Shown: piece after piece, positions 53,025-64,000 of the stretch
How the letters are laid out: every line of letters starts with the position of its first letter
How positions within the stretch are numbered: position 1 is the stretch's first letter
DNA from: Massalongia carnosa
Taxonomy: Eukaryota
DNA: 64,000 bases
Direction of reading: 5' to 3'
NCBI GenBank assembly: GCA_965645245.1
Contig: OZ287084.1
Location: 868,001-932,000 of the forward strand
Program-made: the position numbers and the translations under genes
Notes under the pieces: model-generated
Seen by the model: only the letters and a program-made list of their open reading frames with translations
Database searches by the model: none
Told to the model about the DNA's origin: nothing

Positions 53025-55708
53025 TTACCAACCAAACCCTTCCCCCTTACCCCTCAATCCAAAATTTACCGCCACAGCCACCAGAAGGCCAATGCAGAGC
53101 AGGCTCGGCCCCCAACGATCATGATATCGCGCCGCCCTCCTCCTCCTGATCATGCTCACTCGCCACAAATACAACACCAGCGAATAAACCAGCGCCGCGC
53201 ACGCCACGACTGTGAACCCAACCGAGGCAGACAGAGCGATCGGGTCATGACCGAAATTGAGCAAAGCGGCAGCGATGGAGCCGAGAAGGATGGAGAACTC
53301 GAGCCAGGAGAGGAAAGTGCGCTCGGTGGCAAAATGGACTTTCGGCTCAACGCGGACTGGTACGTGGATTCCTGAATTTAGAGAAGGGAGGGGGGATGAG
53401 TTAGCGAGCAAGGTATCTAGTTAAGAGGAAGAGAAAGAAGGAAGCTTACGTTTTCCTTTCGGAGCTTTGAACCGTTTAGCTTCGACTTGCCCCGCCATAA
53501 CGCTGCTTAGCACTCCATTGTTGCTGGGGATAGGAATCGGTTTCGGGACTGGCACGATAGTCTTGAATCCCCGTGCGAGATGACCTCCAGCGGCGACAAC
53601 GTAACTCTTAACCGCTTCCCGGTAATAATACCACCCTCCTATATGTTTCGCGTTCTCCATATCAATACTATCATCGTCCGAATCATAAATCGGATAATCA
53701 TCCACGTTGGTCAGCGGGGTCGCCGCAAGTCTTTCTTCGATGTCGAGTGAATTCCCAGGTGGAGAGGATGCTCTCGCCAGATCGTATTCTTCCATTGCCT
53801 CGCGAGCTTCGCGGAGATGACGGACACCTTGATCATTATCCGAATCCTCGACCCTATGAAGCGTGCCGCTTCCCCCCGAGCGGGGCTCCTCTTCCTCGTC
53901 TTCGTCATCGGTGTCCTCATCCAGGGCGTCATCGCTGGTCGAGTAGCTTGCCGATTGACCGGGCCGTTCAATACCAAAGCGATGAGAGACGGGCTTTCGG
54001 ATATCGACGTCCATCTGGGGCATCCAAAAGGGTAAAAGGTTAATTCGGGTAGGAAAGAGCGTGGCCGTGCCATGGATGAATTTGCTAAATTTCGGGACCG
54101 CTTCAACCAGATGGCTGCTGATTAGTTCACGCGTCCATTCGGGAGGATCCTGGCCGGCTTGAGTCTGCAGCTTCACTTCCAATACTGCATACGGGAAGCG
54201 TTCAACATCTTCCGGCGGAAGTTGCGAGAAGGGAAAGTCGATGCCAATGTCCATCCGACGCCAGTTGTTGCCGCTCCGGTTCCTGCCGTCTAGGTTATCC
54301 TCCCGTATCATGGTCAACTCTGTGTCAAGAGAAATTCGGACTCGAGCATCGCCTGGTAATTGGAATGCGGTGCGGTTATAAAATGATCTTGTCACAGGAA
54401 CAAATTTTCTAGTGATGGCCCGGTATTGAATTTCACGAGCCAGCTGCTCCAGATCTGCAATTTCTTTCTCTATCTTTTTACCCTCTCGTCTCATCTTTTC
54501 AAAAATACTCTCAACAGTCATATTTCCACTGAGAAAAGCGTTGACGTTTTTTTCCTTGAGAGAGAACCTTGCCTTGACAGACTTCTCACCAGTCCAATCT
54601 TCTCGATGCGTTTTTCGCTCCACAAAAATAGTCTCCGTGTCCATGCCCCCATACCAACGTAGCCTGATCGCCTCCGCTCCTTCAGTCTTTTTCAACCGGC
54701 CCATGTAAAGCTCCCAGGTGTCAGGGTTATCGTAATAAATTGATGAGATGGCGGAATCCTTCGTCTCAAATTCTTTGCTTGCGTTGAAAACTAGGACAGG
54801 AAGATGCTTCCGAATATTAGTAATTCAATTAGTGGCTGGAAATGCGCGCAGCAACCAACCTTTAGAATTATAAGCTTTAGCTCGGTAATGTTGTCAGGGT
54901 GAACCCAGTACTTTGTAGTCTGACGAACAAAGTTCTGCTGACCACCACCTGCCGCACTGTCTCCCTTAATTGGGTTTCCTCGAGTCCTAACCAGATCGTA
55001 AAGCTTTGAAAGCTTGACAATGAAGGCATCGTAATTGTCGCTGAAAAAAGGTTTTGCTTTTAGACGGGCAGCAAAAACTGGTTTGAGATGCCAGGATGTT
55101 TGTTTCTTTAATACCCATCAGCTGAACTGCTATGTTTGTCTAGGTCTGGATAGCACTTAGACCCACATCATGCTTCTTGATGATTTTCTGGAAGCCCGTG
55201 TAATTTAGCTGCGTGAATTTGGCCAAATCATGTACATCCGCAATTATGTCACTCAGGTCTTCCTCCAACAGCATGAAATCCTCCTCTGTCGGCACATCCT
55301 CCTGATCATCTCCTACGCTACCATTTTGTGAGGGTCTTTTCGGACCTCTGTTGTCCAACCGGTCAACGACATTACTCACCTCCTTCTCGCTGGTCTTGAT
55401 CCGTCTCACAATCTCCCCAGACTTGAGGCGTTGAAATGTGAAGACCTTGTCGAGTTCCCCCTCGAGTTGGGCGACGAAAGATTTCTCGTCGTCCTCGGTC
55501 CAGGGTCTTCGTTTAGGATGGGGCTTCTGCGCCGTTGGCTCATTCTCATAAGGAGTCTTGAGGGAACCTTTGAGGTCGTCGTAAGAGATGTAGTAATAGT
55601 AATAATCCTTCAACAATGATGTCTTCAATTGTTGGCCAAAACTATGTAATTGTTGGCCGTCAGCCAGGATTCTTTGATACGGGGAGCTTTCTCGCAGTCT
55701 TACTGCAT
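53025..55708 (-). CDS. VTC4: Vacuolar transporter chaperone 4 (polyphosphate polymerase)
   Basis: SPX domain ([29 protein letters not shown]), [63 protein letters not shown], and TM domain [15 protein letters not shown]. Confidence 0.96.
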
Positions 55709-55885
55709 GATTCTTCCGATTGGTGGATCTAGCTAGTAGGCATAAAATACGTCAAGTACCTGCCCAGACACATACGTTTTGTGTAACGATACTGTACTTT
55801 GCACGGTGAGGAGTCAATCCCTACTCAATACCGTTTAATTGAGGTATTTGGAGTTTGGAATAGGGCGACGATAAGCCGTGGTCCG

Positions 55886-56059
55886 TGACGTCAGGGCAAG
55901 CGCAATGACCAGGAGCTAAACATGATTATTTGGGGGATGAGAAAGGGGTGTATCTGTGGTATCATGCTGTATCATTTTATATATCATGATTTCGTTTCCT
56001 CTCAATTGGTTTTCTACGTGAGACCGACCAGTTATGGATACTCATTGAGTGCACGTGGG
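55886..56059. promoter_or_regulatory. Candidate CRE (TGACGTCA) and Pho4/NUC-1-type site (GCACGTGGG) upstream of VTC4
   Basis: TGACGTCA at 55886-55893; GCACGTGGG at 56051-56059. VTC4 is a PHO-regulon gene in yeast. Confidence 0.45.
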
Positions 56060-56267
56060 CTTAGCTTTCTCCGTAGCTAGCCAATCGTATAGATTATCTA
56101 CCTACGGAGTATTCATGTGTATATACACCCTATATGTGGGTAATCTAGAACTCCTTGGCTGAAGGTCATCTTGCATTTCTCTTTTACATCATACTCAAAT
56201 AACTATACATGCCCAACTGTCAACAATCAGTCTCAGAGCCCAGCTGAAGCATCCATCCTACTCTCCC

Positions 56268-59200
56268 TTAAACCACCCCCGTGACCCTCCTAATGCTTCG
56301 TCGAGGTCCCTCCCCACTGACATTGATATGGCCCTCCTGCTCCAATGCTTTCAACGCCTCCGTAAATTCCACCCCTTCAACCTGCGCGCTCCCCTGCTCC
56401 CCGATCCGCCGAAACACCTCGCTATACCTGGCAGTCCCACCCTGCCTTGTCATTTCATCAAGCAAGTCCGTGATTGCTTTCTTCAGATCTTGCTTCCTCC
56501 GTCGTTCGCTTGCGCTCGTGCCTTCTGTCAACAGCCCCATGTCGATGAGACCCGTCCTGGAGTCGGTCGCGGCTTGTTTGAGCGCTGATTTGATGAGGCG
56601 CACCGCTTCCGAAACATCGTTGGCGGTCACATCGTCTGAGAGGCGCATCTTGGCGTGCGCTTCGGCGAGCCTGATCATCGATTCGAGTTGCCGCGTGGTG
56701 GCGGTGATACGACGCTCTGCGGCCCGGACGTCTTCGCCGAGTTTGCGCATTTCGACATAAGACCGGACGAGCTCTTCCGAAGCCGCTTGCGTAATGCGAG
56801 GCTGGCATTTGGTACGGGCGTAGGAGATGTAAGAGGTCAAGAATTCAATGGGCTAATTCGGAGTTAGAACAGGGAGGAAATGATGAAAGGGAAAGACTGA
56901 CCAAAATCTCCTGAGTGCTAGCGTTCTCGGGCGTGTCTTCCAGATACATACTAACCAGATGTCTTGCCAGTCTACGGTCGTTCTGCTCATCGATTCGATC
57001 TAGAACAAGGTAGACAAGATCAAATCTGGACAAGAGGGTGGGAGGAAGATCAATGTTTTGAGGCACTGGTAGGTTTGGGTTATATTTGCTTCCGATGGGA
57101 TTTGCAGAAGCTAGAATGCTAGTTCGGGCATTCAAGGTCGTAATAATTCCGGCCTTTGCAATCGACACCGTTTGTTGCTCCATTACCTCATGTAGCACGG
57201 ATCGAGTGGAGTCCGACATCTTATCAAACTCGTCAATACAGCAGACTCCGCCATCGGAGAGTACCAGAGCGCCCGACTCGAGAACTACTTGCCGTGTCTC
57301 AGGATCTCGACTAATATAGGCGGTAAGGCCCACAGCCGATGAGCCTTTTCCACTTGTGTAAACTCCCCGAGGAGCGATCTTATGAACATACTGGAGAAGC
57401 TGAGACTTTGATGTTGAAGGGTCGCCACATAACAGCACGTTAATATCTCCTCGATATTTAGGGCTTCCCCCTTTTTCGAAGGATTTGTTGGTTCCGCCAA
57501 ACAACTGAAGCAAAATTCCCTTCTTGACATCTTCCATTTCGTATACGCTAGGAGCTAATGATCTCGATAGAAGCTCGTACACATCACCACGTCGTGCAGT
57601 TGCTTTAATCTTATCTTCCTCTTCTTCGGTGACTTTCCGGGTTTCTTCCACATCTCCGGCGACTTGCTCAGAGAGCTCCTGTTCAATTGTAGAAACGTCG
57701 ATTCCAAGTCTTCTCTTGTCAACCTTCTGAATATGTAAAACATCCACATAGGTTTTAAATAAGGCTTTGATGGTTCGCTGTCTTGGATTGATGCGCACCG
57801 GATTACTCCTGAAGATACCTGTGACCTCGATCCGATCCCCCGCTTTACACACATCAACGAGCTCTTCATAGGCACAGAGAGACACCGAATGTGGCGTTTG
57901 CCCGTCAGGTACACTATCCGGGGTTTCTTGCAATTTAATGACCTGCTTGTCTGCAAACTCACAACGATTGTGCACAATTTGCATTGAATTTTGGGACAGA
58001 CAGGCCTGTCGAGGGCATCTTGTGGGCTCCGCGATTTTGCCCCTATCGAGCGAGACGTTTACTGCGTGGTTGCACACTTGGCAGCGAAAGAAGGCTTCGA
58101 TATTCGTCAGCCATCATTTATGGTTAGCTAGAATGAAGCTCATATACCTGTCTTCATATCTGGTATAACAGGCGTAGTACGAATGACGAGTCCTTTAATG
58201 CTTATCATCTTATCCATATCTATATGCTAATTAGCTAGAGAAACTATTAAAGATAAGTTGTTTCAAGTAGCGCATACCGTTAGGGTTCAATTCTCTCATA
58301 TTGACTGATTTATCAAGTCCAAATGGTTTGACTTTATATAATCTTGTCTCAGCTTCTTGAATCAAGTCAGGAATAGCTGCAGCCTGATCTTCCTGTCCAT
58401 TAGCCTCTGAGCTTGGGACAGCCGGCATAGAGCTAGATGGCATCAATCGGACCCGACTCTGTTGCGCTTCCACCCTTAATCTGGCCATTTCTTCTTCTGC
58501 CTGGTCAACAATGATATCTTTTATAGTCTGATCCATAAGAGGAACAATTTCATGAGGGTATGCTTGTAATTGATGCCAGAGTTTGACGGTTGAGGGGAAG
58601 GCTTTGAGATTTCGAACATCCAGATTAAGGCCTGTAACTCCAAGGTGACGCATGTTACTCAGCATCTCAACGTACTCTCTATCGTTTCCTCCACTCTCTG
58701 GAGCAGAAGTTTCTTCTTCTGTAGCGCCATCCGCCCACATTCGGTACTTTTTCTGATAGCCCAGTAAGAATTCCTTAAACGTAGACATGGTGTCCTGAAT
58801 AGAGATATTGGTCCCCCAGATAATCCTGGTCGAAGAACCTCCAATGAGATCCGCTTCAGAGGTATTGGGATCGAGGTTTGAGAACGTATTGGCTTCGGAG
58901 TTTTGTGCCCCCTCTCGTACCGGAACACCATTTTCGTCAACAAATAGTCGTCGCCGGCGATTGGGGGTTGCACCAAATACATCAGAGTGAATGTCTCCAC
59001 GCTTGGAATTGTTGAGACCAGATGTCCCCGGAGCAGAAGCTCGGGATGACCGTACAAAAAGACCGCTGCTGCTTGTAGGATTCTCAGCCTGATTTTTATT
59101 ACTGCTATTTAAAACTCGCGTAGGGCTTGAACTGGAGGCGTATCGTATAGGTGAAGAATCTATCATACATTTTAGCTGAGTAATTCCCAAATGCAATTAC

Positions 59201-59558
59201 CTTACTTACCGCCTGGAGGCTGCGCTCGACCCCTAGGAGTGCTATTTGCGATCGATGTTTGCCTTAATGGCGAGCTGATATCCATCCTATCATTGCCAGC
59301 TGCTCCAGTCCTGCCGTTGGCAGGCGATGAGCGGAAGAATAGTGGCGAGGAAGATGCTATATTCTGTCGCGAAGCTCGAGGGGTTTCTTGTAAATGAGGT
59401 TCTTGTGCCGAAGCAGGAGCTATCTCCTGATTTCGAGGCGGAGTTTGTGCGGTATTCCCTAAAGGGCTGTTGCCCAATTGCGCTGAGCTACGGGTTGAGC
59501 GCGCAGGTGTGGCGGACGAGCGATTTCGATTCGATCGACGAGAGGATGGAGAAGACAT
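56268..59558 (-). CDS. MCM4: DNA replication licensing factor MCM4
   Basis: SSP-rich N-terminus, IWGTNISI, zinc finger, [45 protein letters not shown]; four introns. Confidence 0.96.
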
Positions 59559-59659
59559 TGTTTTGGCTTGATTTTGATGTTGTGGTATGACTAAAAGTTG
59601 GATAAGACCAAATAGATTACTATGTAGACATCATGAGGATATTACTGATATCAGTTTGG

Positions 59660-59709
59660 AAACGCGCCGGCTAGGCATGCAGTTTTTCGCGTAAAGCCTT
59701 TTTTCGCGT
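59660..59709. promoter_or_regulatory. MCB/SCB-like cell-cycle boxes upstream of MCM4
   Basis: AAACGCG at 59660 and TTTTTCGCGT twice (59683-59692, 59700-59709), 100-150 bp upstream of the ATG. Confidence 0.55.
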
Positions 59710-60164
59710 TGAAGCTAGCACCCTTTGACCCCTGAATCCTTCGGATTATTATCAGCTCAGGAGCAACATATTTTTCAAAAATGCACGACATGAGCTACAA
59801 TAAGTACTGCTTCTGCTTAATTGAAACCGTTCGGGATATTATGTATTCAGGAATAACTAAGTTCGCTATCCTGAGACTCCCTCCTCCCTAGAACTCTGTA
59901 AGCAAAACAAGACTTTTCCGAGCCTGGGATATCCTCATTCCTGCGAAATGCTGTCAAACCAATGCAAGTCGGATATCTTTTAGGAAAAAAAAATAGAGTG
60001 CTACGTCCCTGCCAGCTACCTGTACAACAATCTTTCAGAGCAAAGACAGCCTCCGTATGACAGCTAGATCCTCCCTCTAAGCGCGAATCAAGGGTTGGAG
60101 ATTTATGAACATTCAAGATAATGAGGGAAGCGGATGTTTGAGGATTCACCCGGCTGCGCCTCAC

Positions 60165-61944
60165 TTATTTGATCTCCAGTAGTTTAACGTCAAAGATGAG
60201 TTGCGAATTTGCAGGAATACCGGGTAGAGATTTGCTGCCGTATGCTAGTTGCGCGGGTACTGTGATGCGCCGCTCGCCGCCTACTGACATGCCAGCAACA
60301 CCGATATCCCAGCCCTTGATGACCTCGCCAGTGCCAAGCTTAAAGGTAAAAGGGCTGCCCTTTTTATTTGCTGAAAATGATATATGAGTATTGATTCACC
60401 CATTGAGTGAAGAAAAATAGGATGAAAACGCATACCATCAAAGACTTTGCCATCTGTAAGCTTTCCAATATACCTCATACCAACTTTGTCGCCCTTTTTC
60501 GCTGCCGGACCCTTTCCAAGTTTCTTGTCATCAATCTTGACACCTTGTATCGTCTTCAATCCAAGGCTCGCTTTAGGTTTTTCTTCATCTTTCTTCGAAT
60601 CAACCTTAGCTTCAGTCTTAGAGTCAGATTTTGTCTCTTTCGTAGTGCCGGATGGGCCTTGCTCTAGGTTCTTGGCAAACTGGACCTTCTTATCGCTCTT
60701 TGAGGCACTGCTATCCTTGGATCCACCATCCTCTTTCTTGGCATTTTTGTTCTCGAGGGTCGCTTCCACTGCCTTCCCGGCATTGTTCTTGAGCTTCTTC
60801 AGTTGCTTTTTGCTGAGCTTAGGTTCGCCGTTAGTAGCTGGCTTGGCAGGCTTAAGGGATTTAGCTATGATATCGTCAATGTTTGTAGGTTCTTCATCAG
60901 ATTCTTCTGCAGCGCGCTTGTTTTTGCCTTTCTTTACGGGCTCCGATTTCTTGGTCAATTTTGGTACTTCATCGTCTTCAGATGCAAGCTCAGTAATTCG
61001 GGGATCCTCAAGATCATCGAGCTCATCTTCATCAGGTGAGAAATCGTAGTCCTCATCATCTTCGCTATCGTCGACTCCGTGCTGATGATTGTGGCCATTA
61101 TCTGCAGGAATAACATAGTTCCCGGTCAGATAAATCGCATGCGTGCCAGAAACCTTAAAATAGGCATGTTGCTCGTCGCTAATTGTCAAATCAAGAGGCT
61201 GTTGACAGTTCTATTACAAGACATAAGCATGGGAAACATATTTTCTGTTTTGCGAGTAAGCACAAACCTTTGTGGGATCTAAAGTGCATAGAACCTGCTC
61301 TTCCATCCCCTCCAAGCCAGCTGTGTTTTCCTCGTCACTGCTCTCCTCATCTTCATCAGTCGCTTTAGCCTTTCCTTTCTTAGCTTTTGATAAAACACCA
61401 TTTGGCCCAGAGGCGCCATCCACCTCCATTTCATCGTCGCTGTTGCTCTCAGCAAGGGCTTTCATCACTTGTTCTACCGCAGCTTGCTTCCGAGCCTTCT
61501 TAGTTTTCAAGGGATCACTTGGCCCACCGTTCTTCTCCTCCTCGTCGCTAGAAGAATCGTCTTCGTTCTCATCATCCTCCGACTCACCAGCTTGTAGAAG
61601 AGTATTGAGATAGTTTTCATCCTCTGAGCCTTCTGAATCTTCATCGTCATCGAGCTCAGTAGGTTCAAAGATGATCTTGAGTGTTGCTCGTGGACGAGTA
61701 TCGCCATTTGTGGTGCCAGTGTGCTCCGGTGTAGCAGTTGGATCAATGGCCGCCATTGTAATCCGAAACTAAACAAACATAAGACTTTTGAGACATATAG
61801 CTTCGAGACACTACAGAATGTAGCCATAACGCTTTGGGAAACGAGACAACTCACGGTAGCCGGGAAGCCATTCAAGGCCGGCACCATAACATCGCCAGCC
61901 GGGACTTTGAGCCCGTAGACCGCAACAGGTAGTAAGCTTGACAT
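60165..61944 (-). CDS. FPR4: Nucleolar FK506-binding protein (Fpr3/Fpr4 type)
   Basis: Nucleoplasmin-like domain (ITMAAID, VLCTL, QQPLDL, IYLTGNY), acidic/basic tracts, FKBP domain (MRYIGKL.DGKVFD, VIKGWD, LAYG, IPANS.L.FDVKL); three introns. Confidence 0.9.
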
Positions 61945-63316
61945 TGCGGGTACAGTCTATTCCACTTCTGTTGGTTTATTGATGTGTAGATGAGTTTGAT
62001 TAATTTATGCCTATGGTTCTATGTGAGAGTAAAAGTAGACTAAGACTCAAAATCAAATAATGTTGACGGTGATAAAATTTGATGCTAATAATGTGCACTG
62101 GAGCTTAAAGGAACAAAAAACTTTTTCTACGCTATCAAATGTGTATCGCGGCAGCAACAAAACACGCTAGAGCAACGCTATCTTAGAGCTCAAACGACAA
62201 CAAAAGTCAACGACATTAACCGTTTTTTCTTTTAAACAATTTGGGAAATGAACAGCAAGTTGCTCTGAAGTGTTCTACTTTCATCGTACTGTTGTTATCA
62301 TTCTCTGGTCTATCAATGATAACTTAAATCTATTGGTTGTTGTCTTTTGCGTCCACGCCCGTTCCAGAGAGTATTTTTAAAGCTTTGTAATCACAAAGCA
62401 CAAATCGTCAAGATTACAGTATTATTCTGATATCCTTCATAGCTTAGATATTGTTGTTTTTTATTTTTTCGTGTTTTAATTGCAAATTCACAGCTGTACA
62501 ATAGTTCACCAGAACGTTGGGCATTATTAACAAGTGGCCAATGATTGTTCCAGCGATCGTTTAAAGGAGGAGCACAAAAACGAATATGTAAAATAGACGG
62601 GGTGAAGCATTCTGCTGATTATTCTTCGATGTAGACTTTTGTCACCGTACCCACAGCAAGTCTTTGCCGCTGGACCACTGGCTGCAAGGCCCAATAAGTG
62701 GTATGCAAAATTTTGTCTACGGTAAAGCCAAAGAAACATGCATCAGGGATACTAGAACCCATGAAAACAGATTTTTTCGTTTTTAAAAGGTGGTGAAGTT
62801 GAATTCCTGCTGTTTGCTGAGGATGAGAAAGCCGGCCCGGCCAAAGATTATCATGGTAGAGATGGTAGAGACATCAATCTTCTCTTCATTGTCCAAGATG
62901 TTGCAGTCAACTGGCTGGTTGAAGATATTCGGGGGTTATAGATTGCACAATCAAAGTCAATTTTATTACAGTGGTCCTAGGGTTGACAAGTGTTCAATTA
63001 GAATAGGTAGTTGAGCATCCTCAAGACATTTTTTCATAAGGACTGCAAATGTCATCATTTGATTCGGATAATGTTTCTTCCGCTAGTTATCAGGACCCGA
63101 AAGCGTAGGGCTTCTAGATAAATTCTAGTTGTCAGTCCTAGAATATAACAATCGACTCAACCACGGCTCAGGAACGGCTACATACTGATCTTAGGGTCAA
63201 TTCTGTCGCTCTTGAAAATGACAATCTACTCGCCTGGCTGCGTCAGTGCCTTGGGTTTCCGATTACTAGGCGAATAGTGGTAGAAACCTAGTGGGATCGG
63301 GTGGCGTGAAACAAGT

Positions 63317-64000
63317 ATGGGCTCAAGGCTTGAAGCGAACTCCTCAGCTGTTCGTAAGAGGATTGAGAAGCATAAGTTTGACAGTGAGGAAGGGGAAGAG
63401 TATGGGTCGTCAAGGTTTGGCGGTTTTACAGACTATTTCCGCCGGAAGAAGATCAAGCTTCAGAACCTTGATGCGGAACTGCGATCCTCGTCTTCGAACA
63501 ACCCTCCAATTTTCCGAGGTGTCGTTGCGCATGTCAATGGCTACACACAACCATCGCTGAACGATCTACATACGTTGATTGTCAGCTATGGGGGAGGGTT
63601 TCAACAATATTTGGATGGCAAGACCGCTGTTACGCATATAATTGCAAGCGCTCTAACGCCAAAGAAAAAAATCGAGTTCCGACGATATCGAATCGTGAAG
63701 CCGGCATGGGTGGTTGATAGCGTGAAAGCAGGAAAATTACTACCTTGGAATGCGTATAGGGTTGTCGATGAAGGAATAGGACAAAACGTACTGGCATTTG
63801 AGAATGGAAGTGTCATCAGCCAACTGAACACGCAAACAGTCGGCTATAGGGAGCAAACGGACAATAGCTGGTATACAAAGAAGTTTAACAATGAGCTAAA
63901 TAGCGGAACGCTTGAGCCCTCGTTCTCAAGCGCTCAGCCACAACCTATTGACGATGAAGATGACGATGATGATGATGATGATGACGATGACGATGAAACT
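63317..64000 (+). CDS. REV1: DNA repair protein Rev1, N-terminal BRCT part; runs off window
   Basis: Open frame MGSRLEANS..FGGFTDYFRRKKIKLQ..IFRGVVAHVNGYTQPS..VTHIIAS..IVKPAWVVDSV.AGKLLPW with no stop before the window end; poly-Asp tract at about 63950-63996. Confidence 0.93.
   Translation, partial: MGSRLEANSSAVRKRIEKHKFDSEEGEEYGSSRFGGFTDYFRRKKIKLQNLDAELRSSSSNNPPIFRGVVAHVNGYTQPSLNDLHTLIVSYGGGFQQYLDGKTAVTHIIASALTPKKKIEFRRYRIVKPAWVVDSVKAGKLLPWNAYRVVDEGIGQNVLAFENGSVISQLNTQTVGYREQTDNSWYTKKFNNELNSGTLEPSFSSAQPQPIDDEDDDDDDDDDDDDET

Noticed and set aside
63291..63560. 89-aa ORF
   Set aside because: Wrong frame of REV1, whose real frame starts at 63317 and runs off the window.
56268..64000. MCM4-FKBP-REV1 as a replication/repair cluster
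   Set aside because: Ordinary housekeeping neighbours; no shared element seen.

Overview
Eukaryotic, intron-containing DNA from a filamentous ascomycete (Pezizomycotina-type GT-AG introns with CTAAC/CTGAC branch points; the exact lineage cannot be determined here). Conserved genes: RTG2 (5' cut off), PRE2, NAB2, HEM14, PYM1, QCR9 (five small exons, missed by the ORF track), UBR1, a WDR5/SWD3-type WD40 protein, ISC1, a Pil1/Lsp1 eisosome protein, SSR4 (54-Gln run), a RED-family protein, VTC4, MCM4, a nucleolar FKBP and REV1 (3' cut off). Accessory patches hold an intact secreted tyrosinase, a GH128-type glucanase, an SRPK-like kinase, a dead ~1.34 kb Tc1/mariner element (DD37E spacing, RIP-type lesions) and several decaying genes: an MFS transporter, a Cys-rich protein, an F-box protein, and an adjacent Zn2Cys6 transcription factor plus isochorismatase-family pair. 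The least explained pattern is a recurrent, strand-symmetric C-rich to G-rich skew switch near gene 3' ends. No rRNA, tRNA or CRISPR array was seen, and I found no clear evidence of a wholly new system. All family assignments are from motif recognition, not database searches.
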